Source of the DNA: Spirochaetia bacterium
GTDB taxonomy: Bacteria > Spirochaetota > Spirochaetia > SZUA-6 > Bin103
Direction of reading: 5' to 3'
Assembly: GCA_965198005.1 (NCBI GenBank)
Contig: CBDAOI010000003.1
Coordinates: 64,001-128,000, forward strand
DNA length: 64,000 nt
Of this stretch, positions 40,959-50,514 are shown one piece after another. The stretch's first letter is position 1; every line of letters starts with the position of its first letter. The notes beneath the pieces were generated by a model, which did no database searches, was not told where the DNA came from, and saw only the letters and a list, made by a program, of their open reading frames with translations. The translations under genes were made by a program, and so were the position numbers.

Positions 40959-41792
40959 TCATTCGGCGATCCCCTGTGCGCGAAGGAAGGTGAGCACCGC
41001 CGGCCACGGGCGCGGGCAGTCGTTGTGGCCGCACGGCAGGCGCACGGGGGCCGTGCCGGCGGCGCGCGCCAGTTTCTCGGCATGCGCAAACGGAATCACG
41101 CGGTCGCGCGCGCCGTGCAGCACCAGCGTGGGGGCGGCGCCGGAGGCCACGGCCGGGAGATTGTCGAACGGATCGAGCACCCAGGCGCGCGGCAGGAACC
41201 AGGGCATGAGGTCGGCGACGCTGGTGAACGTCGACTCCAGCACCAGCGCCGCCAGCGGCCGCTGCACGGCGAGCGCGCACGCGGCGCCGCCCCCGAGCGA
41301 CCGGCCGTAGGCGACGATGCGCGCCGGATCGACGTCCGGGTGGCGGCGGGCGATGTCGTAGGCGGCGATCACGGTGGCGGTGATCGACTGCCGGCTGGGT
41401 CTGCCGCTGGAGCGGCCGTAGCCGGGGTATTCGACCAGCAGCACGCCGAATCCGGCCGCGGTCATGGGCGCGAACGGCGCCACCCAGTGGTCGATCAGCT
41501 CGCCGTTGCCGTGCAGGTAGATGATGAGCGGAAAGGGAGTGGCCGCCGGCGTGCCGGCGGCGGCGGCCGTCGTGGGCTGCGCGGGCGCCGCCGGCCGCAG
41601 CAGCCACGCCTCGACCGCGTCCTTGGGGCCGAGCCGGAGCCGCTCGCTGCCAGCGGGCAGGTGCGGCGGGCTCGCCGGCAGTGGCGGGCGCGGGTACATG
41701 AACCGCCGCTGCAGCCCGATCGCCGCGCCGACCACGAGCACGACCGCGAGCAGGGCGGCGAGCGGAATGGTGAGGCCGGGGGTCAGGCGCAC
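40959..41792 (-). CDS. Alpha/beta hydrolase
   Basis: HGNGE, YPGYG, GRSLGG, HGARD and GHND. Confidence 0.92.
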   Translation of the reverse strand: MRLTPGLTIPLAALLAVVLVVGAAIGLQRRFMYPRPPLPASPPHLPAGSERLRLGPKDAVEAWLLRPAAPAQPTTAAAAGTPAATPFPLIIYLHGNGELIDHWVAPFAPMTAAGFGVLLVEYPGYGRSSGRPSRQSITATVIAAYDIARRHPDVDPARIVAYGRSLGGGAACALAVQRPLAALVLESTFTSVADLMPWFLPRAWVLDPFDNLPAVASGAAPTLVLHGARDRVIPFAHAEKLARAAGTAPVRLPCGHNDCPRPWPAVLTFLRAQGIAE

Positions 41793-42006
41793 TCAGCGAC
41801 CGGCGATCGCGTCGATCTCGATGCGGTAGTCCTGGGCCAGTCCGGCCTGCACCGTGGTGCGCGCCGGCCGCGGCTCGGGGAAGTACTCCTGGTAGACGGC
41901 GTTCATCTGCGCCGGAGATGAACAGCAACTCGCCGTGGCGGATGGCCGGGGTGTACGGCCCTGCCGGGGCCGGGCCGCGGTCCGAGGTCACCGGTGTCTT
42001 GTACAT
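41793..42006 (-). pseudogene. RidA-family protein with internal deletion and frameshift
   Basis: PAPAGPYTPAIRHGELLFISG is joined out of frame to QMNAVYQEYFPEPRPARTTV...IEIDAIA. Confidence 0.88.
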
Positions 42007-42047
42007 ATCGCGCTCCTGTTGCACCGTACTGGTGGACAGGTTCCAGC

Positions 42048-43349
42048 ATGCCAAACGCCTCCGATCAAGGCCAGCGCGCCATCGCCATCCGGCCGGTCAG
42101 CGGTCCGCTCGACAGTACCGTGCAGGTGCCCGGCTCGAAGAGCCTCACCGCCCGCGGGCTGTGTCTCGCCGCCCTGGCCGCCGGCACCTCCACGCTGCGC
42201 AACCCGCTGTTCAGCGACGACATCCACTACTTCGCGGGCGCGTTGCAGGCGCTCGGCATCGAGGTGCAGGGCGACCCCGCCGGCGGCACGCTGCGCGTGC
42301 ACGGCGCCGGCGGCCGGATTCCCGCCGCCCAGGCCGAACTGTACGTGGGGCTGGCCGGGACCGCGGCGCGCTTCCTGACCGCGGCGCTGGCGCTCGGCGG
42401 CGGCTGCTACACGGTGGACGGGGTGCCGCGCATGCGCGAGCGGCCGATGAACGAGCTGCTGTCGGCCCTGGCGGACCAGGGCGCGCGCATCACGTTCGCG
42501 TACGAGCGGGGCAGGATACCGTTCACGCTGTGCGGGTCCGGTCTGGCGGGCGGCGTGCTGCGGGTGTCCGGCATCCGCAGCAGTCAGCCGCTCTCGGCGC
42601 TGTTGATGGTGGCGCCGTTCGCGCGTGCGGCGACCACGCTGCAGGTGGTGGACGGCCTGGTGCATGCGCCGTTCGTGGCGATGACGGTGGAGCTGATGCG
42701 GCGCTTCGGGGTCGAGGTGGCCGCCACGGCCGGGGACACCTTTCACGTGCGGGCGGGCCAGCGGTACGCGGCCCGCGAGATCGTCATCGAGCCGGACGCC
42801 AGCAGCGCCTCCTATTTCTTTGCCGCCGCCGCGGTGACCGGCGGGCGGGTGACGGTGCCGGGGCTGCGCGCCGACTCGCTGCAGGGGGACATGCGCTTTC
42901 TGGAGGTGCTCAAACGGATGGGCTGTAGCGTGGACCGGGGTCCGGAGGGGGTGACGGTCCAGGGGCCGGGCGCGCTGGCGGGGGTGGACGTCGATCTGAC
43001 CACCATGAGCGACGTCGCGCCGACGCTGGCCGCAATCGCGCCGTTCGCCGCCGGGCCGGTGACGCTGCGCGGCATCGCTCACACCCGCCTGCAGGAGACC
43101 GACCGCGTGCACGCGATGGCCACCGAGCTGCGCCGCATGGGGGTGCCGGTCGACGAGGGCACGGGCAGCCTGCGGATCGCGCCGGCCACGCCGCGCGGGG
43201 TCGCGGTGGAGACCTACGGCGACCATCGCATCGCCATGGCGTTCGCCGTTACCGGGCTGCGCACTCCCGGAATCACCATCCGCAACCCCGGCTGCACGAG
43301 CAAGACGTTCCCTGATTTCTTTGCCCGCTTCGCCGGGCTGCGGCGCTGA
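42048..43349 (+). CDS. aroA: EPSP synthase
   Basis: PGSKS, AGTAARF, SSQ, ETDR, DHRIAM and KTFPDFF. Confidence 0.97.
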   Translation: MPNASDQGQRAIAIRPVSGPLDSTVQVPGSKSLTARGLCLAALAAGTSTLRNPLFSDDIHYFAGALQALGIEVQGDPAGGTLRVHGAGGRIPAAQAELYVGLAGTAARFLTAALALGGGCYTVDGVPRMRERPMNELLSALADQGARITFAYERGRIPFTLCGSGLAGGVLRVSGIRSSQPLSALLMVAPFARAATTLQVVDGLVHAPFVAMTVELMRRFGVEVAATAGDTFHVRAGQRYAAREIVIEPDASSASYFFAAAAVTGGRVTVPGLRADSLQGDMRFLEVLKRMGCSVDRGPEGVTVQGPGALAGVDVDLTTMSDVAPTLAAIAPFAAGPVTLRGIAHTRLQETDRVHAMATELRRMGVPVDEGTGSLRIAPATPRGVAVETYGDHRIAMAFAVTGLRTPGITIRNPGCTSKTFPDFFARFAGLRR

Positions 43350-43436
43350 CCCGGCCGCGCGGGTCGTCCGGTGGTGCGGTGGTGCGGTGGCGGGTGGCGC
43401 GGGTGGCGGGTGGCGCGGGTGCGCGGGCGCGTCCGG

Positions 43437-44555
43437 TCAGCCGTGGCGACGCTGGAACTCCGCCATGAAGTCGGCCAGGTGGCGGCAGCTCTCGACGGTG
43501 ACCGCGTTGTACAGCGAGGCGCGCAGGCCGCCGACCGCGCGATGACCGCGCAACCCCACGCAACCGGCCGCGGCCGCCTGTTCCAGAAAGCGCCCCTCCA
43601 GCGCCGCGTGCGCCAGGCCAAAGGTGACGTTCATCCGGGACCGGCTCGCGGGCAGGGCGTGACCGCGGTAGAACCCGCCCGAGCCGTCGACCGCGCCGTA
43701 TACGGTCTCGGCCTTGCGCGCGTTGCGCCGCGCCATCGCCTCCAGTCCGCCGACCGCGGCGCGCAGCCAGCGCGTGACCAGCATCAGGGCGTAGATGGCG
43801 AGCACCGGCGGCGTGTTCAGCGTCGAGCCGGCGGCCGCCAGGGCGCGGTAGTCGAACATCGGATGCAGCGCCGGCGGGCCGCCGGCCAGCAGGGCTCGGT
43901 CGACGATCACCAGCGTCACTCCGGCGGGCCCCAGGTTCTTCTGCGCACTGGCGTAGACCATGCCGTGGCGGTCGACCTCGAGCGGCCGCGACAGGAGGTC
44001 CGACGAGGCGTCGCAGATCAGCGGCACCGGACCGCAGTCGGGCACGCGGTGTTGCTGAATTCCGTGGATGGTCTCGTTCGAGGTGTAGTGGACATAGGCG
44101 GCGCGTGCCGCGCGGCCGTCGTCCAGCACCAGCTCGGCCGCGGTGGGCATGCGCCGGTAGCCGACCGCGGCGCCGTCCCAGAGCACCCGGCCGCGGCCGG
44201 TCAGCGCGGCGTCGTCCAACGCCTTGCGGCCCCAATAGCCGCTGACCACGTACTCCCCGGTGCCGGCGGCGGCGGGCAGTCCCGGCCGCGCGGGGAAGTT
44301 CATGGGGATCAGCGCGAACTGCTGGCGCGCGCCACCCTGCAGGAACAGCACGTGGTAGCGGTCGTCGATCAGCAGCAGCGCGCGCAGATTGGCCTCCGCC
44401 TCGGCGAGGATCGCCGCGAACCGGTCCGAGCGGTGACTGATCTCCAGAATCGAGGCGCCGGCGCCGGGCAACTCCCGCACCGCGGCGCCGACCTCCTCCA
44501 GCACCGGCACCGGCAGCGCGCCGGGGCCGCCGGAGAAGTTATGCAACCGGCTCAT
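43437..44555 (-). CDS. serC: Phosphoserine aminotransferase
   Basis: NFSGGP, EISHRS, NETIHG, AQKNLGPAG, GHRAVGGLRASLYNA. Confidence 0.97.
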   Translation of the reverse strand: MSRLHNFSGGPGALPVPVLEEVGAAVRELPGAGASILEISHRSDRFAAILAEAEANLRALLLIDDRYHVLFLQGGARQQFALIPMNFPARPGLPAAAGTGEYVVSGYWGRKALDDAALTGRGRVLWDGAAVGYRRMPTAAELVLDDGRAARAAYVHYTSNETIHGIQQHRVPDCGPVPLICDASSDLLSRPLEVDRHGMVYASAQKNLGPAGVTLVIVDRALLAGGPPALHPMFDYRALAAAGSTLNTPPVLAIYALMLVTRWLRAAVGGLEAMARRNARKAETVYGAVDGSGGFYRGHALPASRSRMNVTFGLAHAALEGRFLEQAAAAGCVGLRGHRAVGGLRASLYNAVTVESCRHLADFMAEFQRRHG

Positions 44556-44590
44556 GGTGGCGTATAGTACACGCTGGGGGGGCGGACGAG

Positions 44591-45535
44591 TTGACACGTG
44601 ACGCGGACAACGCGAGCCGCCGCCGGGTGCGCCGCCGGGTGCGCCTTCGGTTTCCGGAGGTAGTCCTGCTGGCGCTGGCGGTGCCGCTGTTCACGGCCGG
44701 CTGCAGCATGCAGCAGCTTGCCACGCGGGCGACCGCCGACCTGCTGTTCGACGGCATGGCGGCGCTGAACGCCGAGACCGACCTGGAGCTGGCCGAGGCC
44801 AGCGCCGCCGCCAGCCTCACCCTGGTCGAGGGGGTGCTGCGGCGCAGCCCGGACCGGATCGAGCTGCGGCTGCTGGCCGCGGAGGCTTACGTCGGCTACG
44901 CCCTGGCGTTCGTGGAGCAGACCGCACCCCAACGCGCGGCGGACCTCTACCGGCGCGGGCGCGACCACGCCCGGCACGCGTGGCGGGTGCAGGCGCGCGG
45001 CGACCGCCTGCCGGAACCGGAGGATACGCTGTGGTTCGACCTCGACGCGCTGGAGGGGCACCTCGCGCAGCTCGACGCCCGCTACGTGCCGGTGGTGTTC
45101 CGGACCGCCCAGGGGTGGGGCGGCATGGTCAACAATCGGCGGTCCGATCCGGAGTTGCTGGCCGACCTGCCGGCGATCGCGGCGCTGGCCGAGTTCGTGG
45201 TGCGGCACGATCCGGGCTACGGGTTCGCGGGCGCCCACGCGCTGCTGGGCGCCCTCGAGGCGTCCACCCCGGCCGCGCTGGGCGGTACGCCGGACGCCGG
45301 GCGGGCGCACTTCGAACGGGCCTTGGAGCTGACCGGGGAACGGTTTCTGATGCACCACGTCCTGTACGCGGCCACCTACGCCGTGGCGGTCCAGGAGCGC
45401 GCATTGTTCGACGCGCTGCTGACGACCGTGCGCGCCGCCGATCCGGATCTGCTGCCGGAGCAGCGGCTGCCGAACGCGGTCGCCCGCCGGCGCGCGCAAG
45501 CGCTGGCCGCAGCGGCCGGGGACCTGTTCGAATGA
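44591..45535 (+). CDS. TRAP transporter T-component (TatT) lipoprotein
   Basis: Lipobox TAGC, helical/TPR-like body, LGG...GRAHFERAL; precedes dctPQM. Confidence 0.85.
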   Translation: MTRDADNASRRRVRRRVRLRFPEVVLLALAVPLFTAGCSMQQLATRATADLLFDGMAALNAETDLELAEASAAASLTLVEGVLRRSPDRIELRLLAAEAYVGYALAFVEQTAPQRAADLYRRGRDHARHAWRVQARGDRLPEPEDTLWFDLDALEGHLAQLDARYVPVVFRTAQGWGGMVNNRRSDPELLADLPAIAALAEFVVRHDPGYGFAGAHALLGALEASTPAALGGTPDAGRAHFERALELTGERFLMHHVLYAATYAVAVQERALFDALLTTVRAADPDLLPEQRLPNAVARRRAQALAAAAGDLFE

Positions 45536-46620
45536 ACGCCGTGCCGGGCGCACGCGCCCTGCGCACGCGCGGCCGCGGCGGTACGCCGGCCTGGCCGCCG
45601 GTCGCGCCGGCCACACGGGCCGTGCTGGTCGTGCTGGGCGCGCTGGTCGTGCTGGCCGGCGGCGCGCTGCCGGCGGCCGCGCAGGGCCCGGAGCTGATCA
45701 AGGTGGCCACGGTGGCGCCGGAGGGGAGCACCTGGATGCAGGTGCTGCGGGCGTACGAGGCGGCGGTGGTGGCCGAGAGCGACGGCCGCCTGCAGGTGCG
45801 GATCTTTCCCGGCGGGGTCGCGGGCTCCGAGGCGGACATGCTGCGCAAGATGCAGTTCGGGCAGCTCGACGCGCTAGCGCTGAGTGGGGCGGGGCTCGGA
45901 TTGTTGGTGCCGCAGGAACGGATTTTCGACAGCGCGCTGTTGTTCGAGAACTACGCGGAGCTGGACGCGATCTACGAGGCGTTCGCGCCCGAGTTGGAGC
46001 AGCAGTTCCGGGAGCGCGGCTATCAGGTTCTGGGCTGGACCGAGCTGGGCCCGATCTATCTGTTCAGCACCAGGCCGGTAGCCACGCTGGAGGAGCTGCG
46101 GCAGCTCCGGTGGTGGGTCTGGGAGGGAGATCCGCTGGCGCGAGCGATCTTCGATGCGTTCGGCGTGGCGCCGGTACCGCTGCACGTGGCGGACGTGCTG
46201 GTCGGGTTGCAGACCGGCGTGATCGACGGCGTGTACGGCCCGCCGCTGGGGCTCATCGCACTGCAGTGGTTCAGCCGGGTGGACTACCGGCTGGATCTGG
46301 CGCTGGGCCACGCCTCGGGGGCGCTGATCATGGGCAGCCGCTGGGAGAAGCTCGACCCGGAACTGCAGGGAATCCTGCTGCGCAATGGCCGCCGCTTCAT
46401 GGTCGAGCTCCGGGACCTCAGCCGCGCCGACAACGCCGCCGCCCTGGCCACGCTGGAGCGGCGCGGCGTCGGCACGGTGAAACCGGCGCCGGAGGCGGCC
46501 GCGCGCCTGCGCGAGCGCGGCGCCGTCGCCCGCCGCAGCCTGGCGCCCGAGCTGTACCCGGTGGAGCTGCTGGAGCGGGTGGAGAGCGCGGTCGCGGCGG
46601 TGCGCGCCGCGGAGCGGTGA
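45532..46620 (+). CDS. dctP: TRAP substrate-binding protein
   Basis: IKVATVAPEGSTW, FPGGVAGSE, LQTGVIDG. Confidence 0.9.
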   Translation: MNAVPGARALRTRGRGGTPAWPPVAPATRAVLVVLGALVVLAGGALPAAAQGPELIKVATVAPEGSTWMQVLRAYEAAVVAESDGRLQVRIFPGGVAGSEADMLRKMQFGQLDALALSGAGLGLLVPQERIFDSALLFENYAELDAIYEAFAPELEQQFRERGYQVLGWTELGPIYLFSTRPVATLEELRQLRWWVWEGDPLARAIFDAFGVAPVPLHVADVLVGLQTGVIDGVYGPPLGLIALQWFSRVDYRLDLALGHASGALIMGSRWEKLDPELQGILLRNGRRFMVELRDLSRADNAAALATLERRGVGTVKPAPEAAARLRERGAVARRSLAPELYPVELLERVESAVAAVRAAER

Positions 46621-47153
46621 ACCGGGCGCTGGCGCTCCTCCGGCGGTGGGACGGTGCGCTGGCGCGGATCGAGACCGGCCTGCTGGCGCTCCTCCTGTTC
46701 GGGTCGCTGGCGGGCGCGCTGCTGCAGATCGTGCTGCGCAACGCCGCCGGCGTCGCTCTGCCGGAAATCGACGGCCTGGTCCGGCGCGCGGTGCTGTGGA
46801 TCGCGTTGCTGGGCGCATCGCTGGCGACCCACCGCCGGGCACACTTGGCGGTCGACCTGGTGGACCAGCTCCCGGCCGGCGGCCGGTGCCGGCGTCTGAC
46901 GCGTGCCGTTACCAATGCCGCGGCGGCACTGGTAACGGCCGTGCTGGTGGTGGCGGCGGTGCGCTTCGTCCGCCTGGAGTCGGGGTTCGCGGGGCCGGCC
47001 GCGGCCGCCGCGGCGGCGGTGCTGCCCGCCGGGTTCGCGCTGATGGCGGCGCGCTTCGCGCTGGCGGCCTGGGCCGGTCTGGTGGGAGCGCCCGCGGGTG
47101 CGCGCGGTGATTCGCCGCTTGGCGACGCGGGGGGCGACCGATCGACGCCATAG
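46617..47153 (+). CDS. dctQ: TRAP small permease
   Basis: QIVLRN, LWIALLGASLA...HLAVD; about four TM segments. Confidence 0.87.
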   Translation: MNRALALLRRWDGALARIETGLLALLLFGSLAGALLQIVLRNAAGVALPEIDGLVRRAVLWIALLGASLATHRRAHLAVDLVDQLPAGGRCRRLTRAVTNAAAALVTAVLVVAAVRFVRLESGFAGPAAAAAAAVLPAGFALMAARFALAAWAGLVGAPAGARGDSPLGDAGGDRSTP

Positions 47154-47176
47154 TCGCCATCGGCGCCGGGGTTGCC

Positions 47177-48463
47177 GTGCTCGCCGCGGTGCTGGGCGGT
47201 GTGCCGCTGTTCGCGGTGATCGCCGGCGTCGCCCTGGCCGGTCTGGCCGCGGCCGGCATCGATCCGGGCGTGGCGGCGGTCGCGTTCAACCGCCTGGGAT
47301 CGATACCGGCCCTGACCTCCCTGCCGCTGTTCACGTTCGCGGGCATGCTGCTGGCCGCGAGCCGGGCGCCGCGCCGCTTTCTGCTGCTGGCGCGCGCCCT
47401 CCTGGGCCACGTTCGCGGCGGCATGGCGGTGATCGTGGTGACGGTGCTGGCGGGGTTCACCGCCTTCACCGGCGTCTCGGGGGTTACGATCATCGCGCTC
47501 GGGGGGCTGCTGTTGCCCGCGGTGGCGGCTGCCGGACGCGCCCGCGACCGGGGCGCCGCGGACCGGCACGGGATCGGGCTGCTCACCGCCGGCGGCGGTC
47601 CGGGGCTGCTGCTGCCGCCGAGCCTGGTGGTGATCGTGTACGCGGTCACCGCGGGGGTGGACGTCGACCGGCTGTTTCAGGCCACGGCGGTCCCGGCGCT
47701 GCTCCTGGTCGCGGCGCTTGCGGCGTACGCAATGGCCGGGTTCGGGCGCGGCCGCCCGGAGGCCGCGCCGGCGGTGCGCCGCCGCTTCCGTTGGCGCCGG
47801 CTGGCGCGGGCCGTGCGGCTGGCGGGATGGGAGCTGCCGCTGCCGGTGGCGGTGGTGGGCGGCATCTACCTCGGCCTGATTACGGTCAGCGAAGCGGCCA
47901 CCCTGACCGCCGCCTACGTGTTCGTGGTGGTGGTGCTGATCCGCCGCGAGATCCGGCTGCCGCACGGCATGGCGGCGGTCGTGCGCGACACGGGGGCGCT
48001 GGTGGGCGCGCTGCTGGTGGTGGTCGGCGCGGCGCTCGCCCTGACCAACGTGCTGGTCGACGCGCTCGTGCCGCAGCGGCTGCTGGCGGCCGTGTCCGCC
48101 AGCATCGACCACCCGCTGCTGTTCCTGCTGGCGCTCAACGGCGTGCTGCTGGTCGCGGGCATGGTGGTGGATGCGTTTTCCGCCATCGTCGTCCTGGTCC
48201 CCCTGATCGTGCCGCTGGCGGCCGCGCTGCAGGTGGACCCGCTGCATCTCGGCGTGGTGTTCCTGGTCAATCTCGAGGTGGGCTACGTCACCCCGCCGGT
48301 GGGCATCAACCTGTTCGTGGCGCGGTTTCGGTTCGGGCGGCCGTTGACCGCGATCTATCGAGCCGCGCTGCCGTTCGCACTGGTGATGATCGGCGCGCTG
48401 CTGGTGATCACCTACGTCCCCGCGCTGTCGCTGGCGCTGCCGCGCTGGTTGGCGGGCGCTTGA
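47177..48463 (+). CDS. dctM: TRAP large permease (start uncertain)
   Basis: LPLFTFAG, LLPPS, NLEVGYVTPPVGINLF. Confidence 0.92.
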   Translation: MLAAVLGGVPLFAVIAGVALAGLAAAGIDPGVAAVAFNRLGSIPALTSLPLFTFAGMLLAASRAPRRFLLLARALLGHVRGGMAVIVVTVLAGFTAFTGVSGVTIIALGGLLLPAVAAAGRARDRGAADRHGIGLLTAGGGPGLLLPPSLVVIVYAVTAGVDVDRLFQATAVPALLLVAALAAYAMAGFGRGRPEAAPAVRRRFRWRRLARAVRLAGWELPLPVAVVGGIYLGLITVSEAATLTAAYVFVVVVLIRREIRLPHGMAAVVRDTGALVGALLVVVGAALALTNVLVDALVPQRLLAAVSASIDHPLLFLLALNGVLLVAGMVVDAFSAIVVLVPLIVPLAAALQVDPLHLGVVFLVNLEVGYVTPPVGINLFVARFRFGRPLTAIYRAALPFALVMIGALLVITYVPALSLALPRWLAGA

Positions 48464-48494
48464 GCGGCGCCGGCATCGCGGCGACATTGTAAAG

Positions 48495-49844
48495 GTGACT
48501 GACGCCACCTCCGTCGCCGCCACCCGCGACGTCCTGAGCTATCTGAGCCACTATCGCGGCAGCCTGTTCGTGCTGCGCCTCGAGGACGATCTGCTCGGCG
48601 CGCCGCTGTTCCCGATGCTGGTCAAGGACATCGTGCTGCTGCAGCACGTGGGCATCCAGGTCGTGCTGGTGCCCGGTGCCCGGCATGCCATCGACGCCGC
48701 CCTGGCCGAGCCGGGCGGCTGGGCCGGCGCCGACGCGGAGGCTCCGCTGCCGGCGTCACCGGCCGACGTCGGCGCGCGCCGGATCACGGCGGAGGGCGAT
48801 CTGAAGGCGGTGCAGGCCGGCGCCGCCACGGTCGCCAACGAGCTGCTGTCCCTGCTGACCGAGAGCGGCGCCCGCGGCGCGGTGGGCAACTGGGTGCGGG
48901 CGCGCACCGTGGGCGTGGTCGGCGGCGTGGACTACCACCGCACCGGACGGGTGGAGCGCGTGGACCGCGAGCTGCTGCGCGCGTTGCTCGCCACCGGGGT
49001 GATCCCGATCGTCTCCAACATCGGCTGGAACGCGGTGGGCAAGGCCTACAACATCTCCAGCCTGGAACTGGTGGTGGCGGTGGCGCGGGCGCTGCAGGCG
49101 GCCAAGGTGTTCCTGGTCGGCACCGCGCCCGGGATCGCGGCGGTCGCGTGCCCGGGCGTCGAGCTGGCGGCCCGGCCGGACGGCATCTACTCCAGCGTCG
49201 ACTACCGGGATGCGGAACGGCTGCTGAACCAATGCGGCGCGCAGCTCACGCCCGACGACCGCGCGCTGCTCGGGGCCGCAGTGAGCGCCTGTTCCGGCGG
49301 CGTCGACCGGGTGCACGTGGTGGACGGGCGGCGCGACGGCATCCTGATCGACGAGATCTTCTCGGCCGACGGCGTCGGCACCATGTTCTTCGGCGACCAG
49401 TACATCGACATCGTCCCGGCGCGCGCGGCGCACGTGCCCGAGATCATGCGCCTGCTGCAGCCCCAGATCGACGCCGGGCTGCTGGTGCCCAGAACCGCGC
49501 GCGCGGTGGCCGACGGACTGGACGACTACTCGGTGTACCGCGTGGACGACACGATCCAGGGGTGCGCGGCGCTGCGCATGATCGACGCCGCCACCGCCGA
49601 GATCGAGAGCCTGGTGGTCAACGAAAGCCATCGCGGCAGCGGCAACGGCGCGCGCCTGGTGACCTACCTGCTGCAACAGGCGCGCGCGCGCGGCGCGCGC
49701 CAAGTGCTGGTGCTGACCACCCAGTCCGCCGACTTCTTCATGGCGTTGGGATTCGCCGAAGTCGCCCCGGACACCCTTCCCGGCGCGCGCCCACGCAACT
49801 ACAACCGCCGCCGCAACTCCCGCGTCCTGCGCGCCACGCTTTAG
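48495..49844 (+). CDS. argA: Amino-acid N-acetyltransferase (N-acetylglutamate synthase)
   Basis: AAK domain (VDYHRTGRV, EIFSADGVGTM) plus GNAT domain; RNSRVL end. Confidence 0.92.
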   Translation: MTDATSVAATRDVLSYLSHYRGSLFVLRLEDDLLGAPLFPMLVKDIVLLQHVGIQVVLVPGARHAIDAALAEPGGWAGADAEAPLPASPADVGARRITAEGDLKAVQAGAATVANELLSLLTESGARGAVGNWVRARTVGVVGGVDYHRTGRVERVDRELLRALLATGVIPIVSNIGWNAVGKAYNISSLELVVAVARALQAAKVFLVGTAPGIAAVACPGVELAARPDGIYSSVDYRDAERLLNQCGAQLTPDDRALLGAAVSACSGGVDRVHVVDGRRDGILIDEIFSADGVGTMFFGDQYIDIVPARAAHVPEIMRLLQPQIDAGLLVPRTARAVADGLDDYSVYRVDDTIQGCAALRMIDAATAEIESLVVNESHRGSGNGARLVTYLLQQARARGARQVLVLTTQSADFFMALGFAEVAPDTLPGARPRNYNRRRNSRVLRATL

Positions 49845-49980
49845 CGTAGGAGACCTCCACGCCGCAAGCACAACGTAGCAGTGACCGGCCTTTGTGCCGG
49901 TATGTTACAATTCGCCACGTGACCACAAGCTGGGAGCATACCTGCATAGACCCGCGAGCTGGGCGCCCCGAGGCGCCGGC

Positions 49981-50514
49981 GTGACACCTGATCCCGTCGC
50001 CTTGAATCTCGAGGACCTCGCGAGAGGCATGCTTGGGCTCTCCGTCCGTGTGGGCGGCGCAATGGTTGAGGCGGCTGCCGTCTGTCTCGATGACTGCGGG
50101 CATGGGACGCCGGCGCGACTTACAGTTGACGGCACCGAGCATCGAGTCTATGATTTGATATGGCCGTTGGCCAATGATCAGAGCCGGCGTACGTGGGCGG
50201 ACGAGCAGGAAGCCACTGAGCAAGGTGCGTGTGGGATCGCGATTCTTGTCGTGAGAAGTATTCGGAGTTATGAAGTCCTGGAACGATCGAGGAAGGGAAC
50301 GGGCTTCGACTATTGGATAGGCAAGCCGAACGACATGCCGTTCACGGTAAAATCCAGGCTCGAAGTTTCGGGAATTCGCCGGGGAGACACCCGCCGTGTC
50401 GCAGCTCGCGTCCAGCAGAAGATCCGTCAGATTTCGGTATCCTCCGGACGCCTTCCCGGTATCGTCGTAGTGGTCGAATTCAGCACGCCGTTGGCGAGGA
50501 TGGCAGACCAATGA
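49981..50514 (+). CDS. Hypothetical protein, PD-(D/E)XK-like
   Basis: EATEQGAC...RSRKGTGFDYW...RLEVSGI. Confidence 0.7.
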   Translation: MTPDPVALNLEDLARGMLGLSVRVGGAMVEAAAVCLDDCGHGTPARLTVDGTEHRVYDLIWPLANDQSRRTWADEQEATEQGACGIAILVVRSIRSYEVLERSRKGTGFDYWIGKPNDMPFTVKSRLEVSGIRRGDTRRVAARVQQKIRQISVSSGRLPGIVVVVEFSTPLARMADQ

